A stretch of DNA of 63,966 bases, the filler included, from an uncultured bacterium (GTDB lineage Bacteria > CAYJRR01), in NCBI GenBank assembly GCA_964372275.1. It is 4 parts of 4 records of this genome, joined end to end, with 100 filler letters (N's around TTAATTAATTAA, not from the genome) between each part and the next. Parts side by side here need not be neighbours in the genome. Positions count along the whole stretch, not along the records: positions 20,645 to 41,115 come from CAYJRR010000083.1; 3 more parts are not named here. One strand, 5' to 3'. Numbering within the stretch: the stretch's first letter is position 1; each line of letters begins with the position of its first letter. The notes under the pieces were generated by a model that did no database searches, was not told the DNA's origin, and was given only the letters and a program-made list of their open reading frames with translations. Position numbers and translations under genes: made by a program. Below, piece after piece: positions 29,420 to 39,040 of the stretch.

Positions 29420-29458
29420 TCGGGCGGCCCGCGAAGCGTGGGGTATAGTGGCGCGGCG

Positions 29459-30763
29459 GTGGTTCGGATCGCGCCCCTCCTCACCCTTCTGCTCGCCGAC
29501 CCGGCCGGCGGGCCGATCGGGGACGCCCGCGTGGCGGAGGTCGCGCGGCTGGAGGCGGTCTCGGTCGCGGGGGGGGCGGAGGCGCTGCGGGCGGCGGCCG
29601 ACTTCCTGCAGGCGCACGCCGGCGACAAGGAGATGGAGCGTCACGGGCGTTCGGCGCTGCGCCGGCTCTCGATCGACACCACGGCGCTGGTGGCGATCCT
29701 CCGCGACGACCCGACGGCGCACCGGCGGGCGTGGGCGGCGTGGACCGCGGGGGAGCACGAGCTGGCGGCGTGCGCGGAGGCGCTGCTCAAGGCGCTCAAG
29801 GATCCGGAGCCCTCGGTGCGCGCGCGCGCGATCGGGGCACTGGCGATCCTGGGGGACGCGCGCGCGGAGGCGCCGCTCTTGAAGCTCGTCGTCCACGATC
29901 CCGACGCGACGACGCGCGAGCGGGCCTCGGAGGCGCTGGTGGCGCTGGCGGCGCCGAGGACGGCGAAGGGATCCCCCGACGCGTCGATCCGCAAGCTCGG
30001 CTCGTCCGACGTCTTCGCGCGGCTGGAGGCGGTCAAGGAGCTGGAGCGGCTCAAAGACGCCCGCGCCGTCGGTCCGCTGCTCGAGCTGCTTGGCGAGGAG
30101 CGCGACCTCGAGCTCCGCAAGGGGGCGATCTCGGCCCTGGCCTCGATCCGGGACGAGATCGCGGTGCCGCGGCTGATCGAGATCGCCCGCGCCGACGTCG
30201 TCGACGTGCGGCGCTTCGCGATCGGCGCGCTGGCGACGCTCGACGACGGACGCGCGCAGGAGCCTCTCTTGGCGCTGACCCGCGATCCGGACGGGTCGAT
30301 CCGCAAGTTCACGCTGCGCGCGCTCGCCTTCCTCGCGCGCCCCGGGACGCTGGCGGCGCTCACCGCCGCCCTCGGCGACCCGGTGCCGGAGGTCCGCTCG
30401 GAGGCGGCGCAGGGGCTCGCACGCCTCGGCGACCGCGCCGCGGCCGACCCGATCGCCCGCCGAATTGGAGTGGAAGGGGACGCATCGCTCAAGAGCTTCC
30501 TCCTCGCGACGCTCGGGAACCTGGGGACGATCGGCGACGGCGCGCACGAGAAGGCGATGGTCGAGGCGCTGGAGGACGACGCGCCGCTCGTCCGCACCGC
30601 GGCGGCGGCGGCGTTGGCGAAGATCGGCACGCGCGCGACGGAGAAGGCCCTCGTCCGCGCGGCGGCGCGGGAGCGGAAGCGCAAGCAGGGGCGCGACCCG
30701 GAGTTCGAGCGGATCGCCGAACACGCGGCGAAGCAGGTGCAGGCGCGCGGGGTCGCGCCGTGA
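29459..30763 (+). CDS. HEAT/PBS-lyase repeat protein
   Basis: Repeated L.D.D..VR..A..AL..LG units. TATAGT 9 nt upstream of the GTG. Confidence 0.88.
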   Translation: MVRIAPLLTLLLADPAGGPIGDARVAEVARLEAVSVAGGAEALRAAADFLQAHAGDKEMERHGRSALRRLSIDTTALVAILRDDPTAHRRAWAAWTAGEHELAACAEALLKALKDPEPSVRARAIGALAILGDARAEAPLLKLVVHDPDATTRERASEALVALAAPRTAKGSPDASIRKLGSSDVFARLEAVKELERLKDARAVGPLLELLGEERDLELRKGAISALASIRDEIAVPRLIEIARADVVDVRRFAIGALATLDDGRAQEPLLALTRDPDGSIRKFTLRALAFLARPGTLAALTAALGDPVPEVRSEAAQGLARLGDRAAADPIARRIGVEGDASLKSFLLATLGNLGTIGDGAHEKAMVEALEDDAPLVRTAAAAALAKIGTRATEKALVRAAARERKRKQGRDPEFERIAEHAAKQVQARGVAP

Positions 30764-32118
30764 GCCAGGGAACCCTGCAGTTCGCCGCCGAACGGCGGAT
30801 CCTTTCGGTCAGCCAGATCACGGCGTCGATCAAGTCGTCGCTGGAGCGGGAGTTCGAGGCCGCCTGGGTGCGAGGGGAGGTGGGGAGCCTCAAGGTCCAC
30901 TCCTCGGGGCACGTCTACTTCAACCTCAAGGACGCGGGGGCGTCGCTGCGCGCGGTGCTGTTCAAGGGGGTGGCGCGATCGCTCAAGTTCAAGCTCGCCG
31001 AAGGGCAGGAGCTGCTCGTGCGCGGGCGGATCACCGTCTACGAGCCGCGCGGCGACTACCAGCTGGTGGCGGAGTCGGCCGAGCCGGTGGGCATGGGCGC
31101 CCTGCAACTCGCCATCGAGCAGTTGAAGGCCCGCCTCCTCGCGGAGGGCCTGTTCGAGGCGTCGCGCAAGCGGCCGCTTCCGTTCTTCCCGCGGACGGTC
31201 GGCGTCGTCACCTCCCCCTCGGGGGCGGCGCTGCGCGACATCCTCGCGGTCCTCGCCCGGCGGGCCCCCGGCGTCGAGGTCCTGATCGCGCCCGTGAAGG
31301 TGCAAGGGGAGGGGAGCGCGCGGGAGATCGCCGACGGGATCGCGGCGCTCGATCGGACCGGGGCCTGCGACGTGATGATCGTCGGCCGCGGCGGGGGGAG
31401 CCTCGAGGACCTGATGGCGTTCAACGACGAGGTCGTGGCGCGGGCGCTCGCCGCCTGCCGCACGCCGACGGTGAGCGCGGTGGGGCACGAAGTCGACGTC
31501 ACGATCGCCGACTTCGTCGCCGACCGGCGGGCGCCGACGCCGTCGGCGGCGGCGGAGATCGTCGTGCCTGACGGGCGCGAGCTGCGCGGAAGGGTCGGGG
31601 ACGCCAGGGCGCGGCTGGAAGCGGCCGACGAACGGCGCGCGCGGCGGCGGCGGGAGGCGGTCGACGACCTCCGGCGCCGCCTGCGCGATCCGCGGCGCGT
31701 GCTGGCCGACGTCCGGATGCGGGTCGACGACCTGCACTCCCGGGGGACCGACGGACTGCGCCGCGCGCTTGCCGCCCACCGGGTCGGCGTGTCGTCGCTC
31801 CGCCGCGCGCTGCTCGCCTCGGGCCCGCACACCCTCCTCGCGCGCGATCGGCAGCGCCTGGAACGCGCCCGCGCCCTCCTCGCCGCCGCGCACGCGCGCG
31901 CCCTCGCCGCGCGCGGCGCGACGCTCGCGGGGCTCGCCGGCCGCCTCGACGGCGCGAGCCCGCTGGCGGTCCTGAACCGCGGATACGCCCTGGTTCGCGA
32001 CGAGGCGACCGCGCGCGGGGTGAAGCGCGCCGGCGAGGTGTCGGTCGGTCAATCGCTCGCGGTGCGGCTGGCGGAGGGGGAGATCGGGGTTCGCGTCACG
32101 CGGAAGGGGGAGGGGTGA
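30760..32118 (+). CDS. xseA: Exodeoxyribonuclease VII large subunit
   Basis: WVRGEV...SSGHVYFNLKD; VVTSPSGAALRDI; GRGGGSLEDL; SAVGHEVD; RAPTPSAAAE; PLAVLNRGYA. Confidence 0.96.
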   Translation: MSQGTLQFAAERRILSVSQITASIKSSLEREFEAAWVRGEVGSLKVHSSGHVYFNLKDAGASLRAVLFKGVARSLKFKLAEGQELLVRGRITVYEPRGDYQLVAESAEPVGMGALQLAIEQLKARLLAEGLFEASRKRPLPFFPRTVGVVTSPSGAALRDILAVLARRAPGVEVLIAPVKVQGEGSAREIADGIAALDRTGACDVMIVGRGGGSLEDLMAFNDEVVARALAACRTPTVSAVGHEVDVTIADFVADRRAPTPSAAAEIVVPDGRELRGRVGDARARLEAADERRARRRREAVDDLRRRLRDPRRVLADVRMRVDDLHSRGTDGLRRALAAHRVGVSSLRRALLASGPHTLLARDRQRLERARALLAAAHARALAARGATLAGLAGRLDGASPLAVLNRGYALVRDEATARGVKRAGEVSVGQSLAVRLAEGEIGVRVTRKGEG

Positions 32119-33125
32119 ACCGCGCGGTGGTCGTGCCCGGGAGACGGCGTTGCGTTCTCGCCGCGGCGCTCGTCCTCGCGACCCTTCCGATCGCCTTCCC
32201 TTCCGTTCACGGCTCCGACTCCGACTCCGGGCCTCGTCCGCTCGCGACGCCGGACGTTCTCGTTCCCGCGGATCCGCCGCCGGCGGCGATGATCGCCGTC
32301 GCCGCGTCGGGGACGCAGGGCGAGCCCACTCTCTCCGTTCGCCCCGACCGCCTCTCGAACGGCGGCGTGGGGCTGGTGTCGATCACCGGGCTCGTCGCGG
32401 GGGACGAGGTCACCGGCGCCTTCGCCGGGGTGGCGCTGCCGTTCTCCGCCGGACCCGGGCGGGCGACGGCGCTGGTGGGGATCGATCTCGATCTCGCGCC
32501 CGGGGAGCATCGGCTCGAGGTCGCCGTCCGGCGGGCCGGAGGACCGCCGTTGGTGCTCGCGCGCGCGGTCCCGGTCGAGGACGCCGGGTACGCGGTGGAG
32601 CGGCTCACACTCCCCGCGGACAAGGTCTCCGACTTCGACGAAAAGACGCTCGGCCGCATCGAACGGGAGAAGGCCGAGCTGAAGGCGCTCTTCGCCACCT
32701 GGAGCGGAACCCGGCGGTGGAAGGGGTTCCGCCGTCCCGTCCCCGGCGAGATCCGTTCCCGATTCGGCGGTCGTCGCGTAATCAACGGGGAGCCGCGCAA
32801 TCCCCACACCGGGATCGACCAGCGTGGCGGGCAGGGGACGCCGATCGCCGCCGTCGCCGACGGCGTCGTCGCCTACGTCGGGGACCAGTTCTTCAGCGGG
32901 AAGGTGACGGTGCTCGATCACGGCCAGGGGACCTACTCCCTCTACGCCCACCAGTCGAAGGTCCGGGTGCGCGTCGGACAGGAGGTCGCCGCCGGCACGC
33001 CGATCGGCGAGATCGGGATGACCGGGCGCGTCACCGGACCGCACCTCCACTGGGGGGTACGCGTCAACGGGGCGCGCGTCGATCCGGAAAAGCTCCTCGC
33101 CCTCGACCTGACGGAGCCGCCGTGA
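32115..33125 (+). CDS. M23-family peptidoglycan endopeptidase
   Basis: HTGID, LDHGQG, YAH, TGPHLHWG. Confidence 0.92.
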   Translation: MNRAVVVPGRRRCVLAAALVLATLPIAFPSVHGSDSDSGPRPLATPDVLVPADPPPAAMIAVAASGTQGEPTLSVRPDRLSNGGVGLVSITGLVAGDEVTGAFAGVALPFSAGPGRATALVGIDLDLAPGEHRLEVAVRRAGGPPLVLARAVPVEDAGYAVERLTLPADKVSDFDEKTLGRIEREKAELKALFATWSGTRRWKGFRRPVPGEIRSRFGGRRVINGEPRNPHTGIDQRGGQGTPIAAVADGVVAYVGDQFFSGKVTVLDHGQGTYSLYAHQSKVRVRVGQEVAAGTPIGEIGMTGRVTGPHLHWGVRVNGARVDPEKLLALDLTEPP

Positions 33126-34105
33126 CCGTGAGCCGCCCGCGGGTCCTCCTCACCCGGCCGATCCCGTCGCGGGGCTTGGCGCGCCTCGAGGCGTTTTGCG
33201 AGGTGGTGCCCTGGAGCGGCCCCGAGCCGATGCCGCGCGAGGCGCTCGAGGGGCGGCTGCCGGAGGTCGACGCCGTGCTGGCCGCGGTCGCCAACCGGTT
33301 CGACGCGTCGCTCCTGGCGACGGCGCCGCGTCTCCGGGTGATCGCCAACATGGGGGTCGGGTTCGACAACGTCGACCTCGCCGCCGCGAAGGCGCGCGGC
33401 ATCGTGGTGACGAACACCCCCGACGTCGTGACCGAGACGACGGCCGACATGGCGTTCGGGCTCCTGCTGGCGGCGGCGCGTCGGATCGTGGAGGCCTCGA
33501 CGCGCGTTCGCGGCGGCGCGTGGACCGCGTCGCTTCCGGCAGAACTCAAGGGGATCGACGCGCACGGCACGACGCTGGGGATCGTCGGATTCGGGCGGAT
33601 CGGACGGGCGATGGCGCGCCGCGCGCGCGGCTTCGCGATGCGGGTGCTGTTCGTCGATCCGGTGAGCAGTCCCGAGATGGACGTCTTCATCGCCCGCGGG
33701 GTCGCCCGCCGGGTCGACCTGCCGACACTCCTGGTCGAGTCCGACTTCGTCTCGCTGCACCCGTCGCTCGATTCGACGAGCCGCCGGATGATCGACGCCG
33801 AGGCGCTGGCGGCGATGAAGCGGACGGCGGTGCTGGTGAACACGTCGCGCGGTCCGGTGGTCGACACCGACGCCCTGGTCGCCGCCCTCGAGGCCGGCAC
33901 GATCGGCGGCTGCGCGCTCGACGTCACCGATCCGGAGCCGTTGCCGCCCGGGCACCCGCTCCTCGCCGCCCCCAACGCGATCGTCACGCCGCACATGTCG
34001 ACCCAGACCCACGAGACGCGCGAGGCGATGTGCGACCTGGCGGCGCGGAACGTGGTCGAGGTGCTGGCCGGCCGTCCGCCGATCACCCCCGTCCCGATGC
34101 CATGA
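33122..34105 (+). CDS. D-2-hydroxyacid (glyoxylate/D-glycerate) dehydrogenase
   Basis: GVGFDNVD, NTPDV, GFGRIG, NTSRGPVVD, LDVTDPEP, TPH. Confidence 0.93.
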   Translation: MTVSRPRVLLTRPIPSRGLARLEAFCEVVPWSGPEPMPREALEGRLPEVDAVLAAVANRFDASLLATAPRLRVIANMGVGFDNVDLAAAKARGIVVTNTPDVVTETTADMAFGLLLAAARRIVEASTRVRGGAWTASLPAELKGIDAHGTTLGIVGFGRIGRAMARRARGFAMRVLFVDPVSSPEMDVFIARGVARRVDLPTLLVESDFVSLHPSLDSTSRRMIDAEALAAMKRTAVLVNTSRGPVVDTDALVAALEAGTIGGCALDVTDPEPLPPGHPLLAAPNAIVTPHMSTQTHETREAMCDLAARNVVEVLAGRPPITPVPMP

Positions 34106-35013
34106 GCTATCCTTCGCAGGGGCTCGGGGAGTTCCCCGACCAGCCCGAAGGGCGGAGAGAGATGGAGCCACGTCCCGGCGCGAGCGAACCCACGCGCAGC
34201 CTCGAGCGGGAGTTCTTCGACCGCCTGTCGATCGATCCCCGGCGACTCGCCGAGACGGCGGCGCGGGCGTCCGCCGACTACCGATCGGCGGCCCCCTTCC
34301 CGCACGTCGTGATCGACGGCCTGTTCGACCCGTTCGTCCTCGACCGCGCGTTGGAGGAGTTTCCCGGCCCCGACGGCATCGACTGGATCCGCTTCGACAC
34401 GCCGCACGAGCGGAAGCTCGCCACGCGCGACGAGGCGCAGATCGGGTGGCTGACGCGGACGCTGATCGGGTATCTCAACTCCTCGACCTTCCTCTCCTTC
34501 GTGGAGGACGTCACCGGCATCCGCGGACTGATCCCCGATCCGCACCTCGACGGCGGCGGGCTGCACCAGATCCCGGCCGGGGGGAAGCTGGGAATCCACT
34601 CCGACTTCCTGACCCAGCAGCGCCTCAAGCTCGACCGGCGGATCAATCTGATCCTCTACCTGAACCGCGATTGGCCCGAGTCCTACGGCGGACATCTCGA
34701 GCTGTGGGACCGGGAGATCCGGACGTGCGAGAAGCGGATCCTCCCGATCTACAACCGGCTGGTTCTGTTCAACACCACCTCCACCGCCTACCACGGGCAT
34801 CCGGAGGCGCTCACCTGTCCACCGGACCGGACGCGTCGCTCGATCGCGCTCTACTACTATTCGAACGGGCGCCCGGCGGAGGAGCTCGGCGGGGTGAAGC
34901 CGACGCGCTTCCTCCCCCGTCCGAACGAGAAGGTCGTCTGGCGGATGCGGCAGCTGATCGCGAAGTTCGTCCCGCCGATCGTCAACGAGCTGCGCTACAA
35001 GCTCCGCCGCTGA
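34102..35013 (+). CDS. 2OG-Fe(II) oxygenase family protein
   Basis: PFPHVVIDG, GGGLHQ, HSD, YLNRDW...GGHLELWD, YHGHP, RRSIALYYY. True start may be ATG 34162, after the repeat. Confidence 0.9.
   Translation: MSYPSQGLGEFPDQPEGRREMEPRPGASEPTRSLEREFFDRLSIDPRRLAETAARASADYRSAAPFPHVVIDGLFDPFVLDRALEEFPGPDGIDWIRFDTPHERKLATRDEAQIGWLTRTLIGYLNSSTFLSFVEDVTGIRGLIPDPHLDGGGLHQIPAGGKLGIHSDFLTQQRLKLDRRINLILYLNRDWPESYGGHLELWDREIRTCEKRILPIYNRLVLFNTTSTAYHGHPEALTCPPDRTRRSIALYYYSNGRPAEELGGVKPTRFLPRPNEKVVWRMRQLIAKFVPPIVNELRYKLRR
34116..34156 (+). repeat. REP-like two-hairpin repeat
   Basis: GCAGGGGCTCGGGGAGTTCCCCGACCAGCCCGAAGGGCGGA. Confidence 0.65.
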
Positions 35014-35177
35014 CGGGCCGGCGAGCGCCGGCACCGGCGGATCGGCCCGCCGTGAGCGGTCGTTCACCGTGCACGAACGACGGTGGCGGGACATGCGCGC
35101 CCCGGTTCCGCGCACCGTCCTGCGTCGCCGGAAACGCAAAAGGTCCCGGTTTTCCTCGATCCACTGGGGACGCGGGG

Positions 35178-35193
35178 AGGCACACCCGTTGCT
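35178..35193 (+). promoter_or_regulatory. Putative sigma-54 promoter
   Basis: AGGCACACCCGTTGCT closely matches TGGCAC-N5-TTGCW (GG-N10-GC). Confidence 0.55.
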
Positions 35194-35206
35194 CTACGGC
35201 GGCCGC

Positions 35207-36214
35207 ATGCGCGCACCGGGAGCGTTCGAAACGAAGGGATGGCGGCGGTCGTGGCGCCCGGAAGCCTCGGTCCTGGCGGCGGCCGTGGCCGTGGTCTGGG
35301 CCACCGCGCTTTCGACGGCCACCCCGACCTGGGCGGCCTCCGGCGACGACTGCGATCCGGCGGACGGCACGGCCGTGGCGGCGATCGGCCGGCCGGTCGA
35401 CGAGGCGCGGCGGCACGTCCCGTTCGACTTCGGCGAGCTCCAGTCGATCCTCCGGGACGTCTACGGACCGGAGGCGGTGCTCACCGACCGGCCGCGCGCC
35501 GGACGGCCGGGGCAGGTCGACGCGGACGATTCGTTCACGTACGTGCGAAACGGGCGGACGGTCCGTGGACGGTTGGGATCGGCGCGCCTCGAACGGGCGC
35601 GGATCGCGGCGAACGTCGTCGCCGCGGCGCGTCTGCTGAACGACTCCGGGGCGAGCTTCTCCGCCACCGGGGCGACCGACCGGGCGAACCGGGCCTTCTG
35701 GTGGGTCGGCTACGGCGGGAAGTTCGGGACGCGGATGGGGGTGAAGGCCTCGGACGCGGTCAACGACGTCTTCCAGAACGGGCATCTCTACGGATTCGAG
35801 TGCGCGACGGCGATCCTGCTGATCCACTACAAGGCGATCCTGGACCGCATCGGCGCGGAGGACTTCGACCGGCAGTGTCCGAAACTGCGCATCTTCCGCT
35901 TCGACCTCCTCCCCGAGCCGCTGCGCCGTGTCCGGCGCGAGGGGCCGCAGCGCGAACTGTGGCCGGGTGACCGCGCCTACTTCCAGAACCCGGACTTCGC
36001 GCCCGAGAACAGCGCCTGGCAGGGGGAGAACGCGGTCTTCCTCGGCGCCGGCGAGTACTTCGGCCACGGCCTCGGGATCCACTCCCGGGAGGGGATCGTC
36101 GAACTCCTGAACGGCGTCCGAAAAGAGGGCGCGACCCGAGAGGCGTTCGTCGATCCGAGCGTCCTCCGGCTCGACGGCGTCGGCGTTTCCCGGATGGACG
36201 TGAGCCCGCGGTAG
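35207..36214 (+). CDS. Tgl-like protein-glutamine gamma-glutamyltransferase (transglutaminase) with signal peptide
   Basis: YGFECATAILLIHYKA, PGDRAYFQNPDF, WQGENAV and YFGHGLG match Bacillus Tgl motifs. Hydrophobic N-terminus ending TWA. Confidence 0.85.
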   Translation: MRAPGAFETKGWRRSWRPEASVLAAAVAVVWATALSTATPTWAASGDDCDPADGTAVAAIGRPVDEARRHVPFDFGELQSILRDVYGPEAVLTDRPRAGRPGQVDADDSFTYVRNGRTVRGRLGSARLERARIAANVVAAARLLNDSGASFSATGATDRANRAFWWVGYGGKFGTRMGVKASDAVNDVFQNGHLYGFECATAILLIHYKAILDRIGAEDFDRQCPKLRIFRFDLLPEPLRRVRREGPQRELWPGDRAYFQNPDFAPENSAWQGENAVFLGAGEYFGHGLGIHSREGIVELLNGVRKEGATREAFVDPSVLRLDGVGVSRMDVSPR

Positions 36215-36553
36215 CGGTGCCGACGGCGCGCCGTGGCGGGGCGCCCAGGCCAGCGCGATCACGGCGAGGGCGATCCACCCGGACTGCGCCCTCGTCCACG
36301 CCGGAACGTGGGGGGCGCCGGGGGCCCAGGGGTCGCCGGCGTCACCGGGGACGACACCGCCGGTGAGGCGTCGGCGGATCCGCCAGAGGTGGCGGCGGAG
36401 CGCGAGTGGTAGCCGGGCGGCGGCGTTCATGCGCCCGACGGGAGCACGGGGCGCGCCACGCCGGCCCGCGGCCGGGGCGATTCGCCGAAGGTTTCGACCG
36501 CCGGCCGGAATTGCCCGCGCGTCCGCCGACCGATCGTCCGCTCCCGATCCCCG

Positions 36554-37561
36554 TCAGGTCCGGTGCCTGGACTCCAACGCGTCGAGGACGATCCGCTCGT
36601 AGACGGCGCCCATCTGGCGCGTCACTGCCTCCAGCCGACCGGCGGCGCCAGGGGGGAACGGCGCGCGGCCGTTGTCGGCGTAGAGGAGGTTGACCACCCG
36701 CCCCCGGACCAGGACCGGGAGCAGGCGCGAATCGGAGACCCCCGACCGGCCGACGACGGCGGCCAGCCGATCGCGAAAGGCGGGGTCGGCCGGGTCGGAG
36801 AGGGCCACGCGCTCGATCGCCTCCTCGGTGAGCGGGAGCCCGACGGCCCGCCAGAAGCGGATCCGGCCCTTGCTCACCACGAACAACGCCGCCGCCGACA
36901 CGTGCTCCGAGGCGAATCGCAGCGCCGCATCCGCCACCGCGTCGCGGTCGGCACAACCGGAGAGGTCGGGCGCCGGGGGTTCGACCGGTGCGACAACGTC
37001 GCTCCCGACGCCGGCGGCCGGCCCTTGGTCCGCGGCCTCGCCGGAGAGCGCCGGCCCGCAGTCGACGACCGCCAAGCCCGCCGACACGGGCTCGGGCCGG
37101 ACCGCCTGCCGATGCCCGCTGCGGAACCGGATCGGGCGCGGGATCCGGTAGTGCCTCTCGAGCAACGTACGAATTCGTAGTTCGGAGGTCAGGAAGAGCC
37201 GCACCGGGAACGGCGCCGCCACCGAGAGGTCGAACGCAAGACCCTCCTCCGCCGGATCGCAGACCGCCACGTGGAGATGCCTCGACTCGACGCGGAAGGG
37301 GATCGCCTGCCTTCGACCCACCAGGTCGGCGGGCAGGCTCTGCAGCGTCGGCCGCGGGATCCGCTCGAGCGCCGCGGCCGGCGCCAGGTCGAAGCCGGTG
37401 CGGCGCGCGAGCAGCTCCTCCAACGCGCCGAGCGGGAGGAACCCCAACTCGACCAGGTTCAGGCCAAGCCTCCCGCCGAAGATCCGTTGAGCGCAAAGCG
37501 CGTCGTCGAGCTGACCGGGGGAGAGCACCCCCTGCTCGACGAGGTACGCGCCGAACGTCAC
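36554..37561 (-). CDS. MshEN/GspE-N-terminal-like domain protein with C-terminal GAF-like domain
   Basis: FGAYLVEQG...ALCAQ...RLGLNLVELG; AIPF...LHVAVCDP; LLPVLVRGRVVNLLYADNG. GTG overlaps the upstream TGA. Confidence 0.75.
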   Translation of the reverse strand: MTFGAYLVEQGVLSPGQLDDALCAQRIFGGRLGLNLVELGFLPLGALEELLARRTGFDLAPAAALERIPRPTLQSLPADLVGRRQAIPFRVESRHLHVAVCDPAEEGLAFDLSVAAPFPVRLFLTSELRIRTLLERHYRIPRPIRFRSGHRQAVRPEPVSAGLAVVDCGPALSGEAADQGPAAGVGSDVVAPVEPPAPDLSGCADRDAVADAALRFASEHVSAAALFVVSKGRIRFWRAVGLPLTEEAIERVALSDPADPAFRDRLAAVVGRSGVSDSRLLPVLVRGRVVNLLYADNGRAPFPPGAAGRLEAVTRQMGAVYERIVLDALESRHRT

Positions 37562-38952
37562 GACGCGCGCTTGGTCTTGAGGATCAGCGATTCGAACGCC
37601 GACGCGACGGAGCGCGCCAACTGGTAGAGCTCGCCGATCGTCGCCGGGTCGTCCTTCTCCACGTCGCCGCCGTCGACGTAGAGGGCGCAGGCGACCTTCT
37701 CCTTGAGGACGAACGGGACGACGATCACCCGTTCGGGGCGCGGCTCCCCGAGCGCGTTGAAGAAGAGGTTGTTCACCGCCGTCTGCGGGACGCCGCCGCA
37801 GTAGAGGACGCGCGTCTCGTAGACCGTCTTGAAGATCGAGGCGTTGTTGAGCGGGACCATGATCCCGCGGATGGCGGCCTTGGCGGCGTCGTTCGACCCA
37901 CCGGCCCATCCGACGAGCGTCTCCTTCTTGATGACGAACAGCGCCGCGCGGTCGAAACGGCCGGCGGCGTAGTCGAGGACGATCCGCGAGATGTCGTCGC
38001 GCTCGCGGACGGTCCCCTCGAGCGCCTCGATCGTGGCGCGCAGCGGCGTCCGGGCCGGCGGAGGCGCGGTCGGTTCGAACGCCGGCGTCGGCTCCCAGAG
38101 CTGGCTTGCCGACAGATCGGGGATCGTCGCCGGGTCGGCGGCCGGCATCACCGATTCCCAGGCCGGTGCTCCGGGTGCCGGGATCGAGGCTGCGGGCGGA
38201 GCCGCGGGCTCCCACGCCGGGACTTGCAGGGCGTCGGCGGNNNNNNNNNNNNNNNNNNNNNNNNNNNNNNNNNNNNNNNNNNNNNNNNNNNNNNNNNNNN
38301 NNNNNNNNNNNNNNNNNNNNNNNNNNNNNNNNNNNNNNNNCGCCGGCGGTTCGCCCGCGGCCGCGCGGGCGCGCAATCCCGGATCGGTCGGCACGGGCGG
38401 GGGATCGGGCTTCCAGGACGGCAAGGGATCGGAGGCGACCGGTTCCCAGCCGGACGGATCGCTCTCCTTGGCGGCGACCGGTGCGGCCGGCGTCCGGCGA
38501 CCGGAGTAGGGATCGCTCGCCGGGGCCCCCTTCTCGGGGCCGGTGACCAGGTCGACGAACCCCTGGACGTCGGGATCGAGGTCGGGAAGCGCTCCGCCAT
38601 CCAACTCCCGCGCCGCGCGGTCGACGTCGGCGCGTCTCGGCGGCTCCTCGTCCACGCGCGTGAGGCCCAGCGTCGCCGCCGCCAGGTCGTCGAGCCGCGG
38701 ACCCTTGGGCGGCTCCTTCTCCGGCGGCACCAACATCTCGTCGATCGCCGCATCGATCAAGGCCCCGGCGTCGAGGGCCGATGCGTTCACCGGCATCAGC
38801 CACCGGAAGGCGCCGACCGCGGAGAAGGGGATCGGTCCAGCCGCCGGGATGAACGACGCTCCGACGCCGCCCCGCCGCTCGGCGCTGGCGATCGGCTTGA
38901 TCGCCGTGAACGGAACGACCGGTTGTCGCGAGGGATCCTTCGGAATCGCCAT
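37558..38952 (-). CDS. Pro-rich protein with C-terminal GAF-like domain (spans assembly gap)
   Basis: ERDDISRIVLDY...RAALFVIK...VPFVLKEKVACALYVDG is paralogous to the next gene's C-terminus. TGcTACAAT upstream. Confidence 0.6.
   Translation of the reverse strand: MAIPKDPSRQPVVPFTAIKPIASAERRGGVGASFIPAAGPIPFSAVGAFRWLMPVNASALDAGALIDAAIDEMLVPPEKEPPKGPRLDDLAAATLGLTRVDEEPPRRADVDRAARELDGGALPDLDPDVQGFVDLVTGPEKGAPASDPYSGRRTPAAPVAAKESDPSGWEPVASDPLPSWKPDPPPVPTDPGLRARAAAGEPPAXXXXXXXXXXXXXXXXXXXXXXXXXXXXXXXXXXADALQVPAWEPAAPPAASIPAPGAPAWESVMPAADPATIPDLSASQLWEPTPAFEPTAPPPARTPLRATIEALEGTVRERDDISRIVLDYAAGRFDRAALFVIKKETLVGWAGGSNDAAKAAIRGIMVPLNNASIFKTVYETRVLYCGGVPQTAVNNLFFNALGEPRPERVIVVPFVLKEKVACALYVDGGDVEKDDPATIGELYQLARSVASAFESLILKTKRAS
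38241..38340. other. Scaffold gap (100 N)
   Basis: Run of N without a spacer, inside a Pro-rich ORF. Confidence 0.95.
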
Positions 38953-39040
38953 GGGCGTCTTCGTGCGCGCCGATTGTAGCACCACGGTTTGACCCCTCCG
39001 CCCACCCCTGCTAAGACGATCGACTCTTCCGTCGAGCCCC

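Noticed and set aside
30760-32118. xseA without adjacent xseB
   Set aside because: The two genes are often unlinked; not informative.
34982-36430. Minus-strand ORF starting MNAAARLPLALRR as a real gene
   Set aside because: Mostly antisense to the Tgl-like gene. The first ~70 codons could be a small membrane peptide remnant, but nothing supports it.
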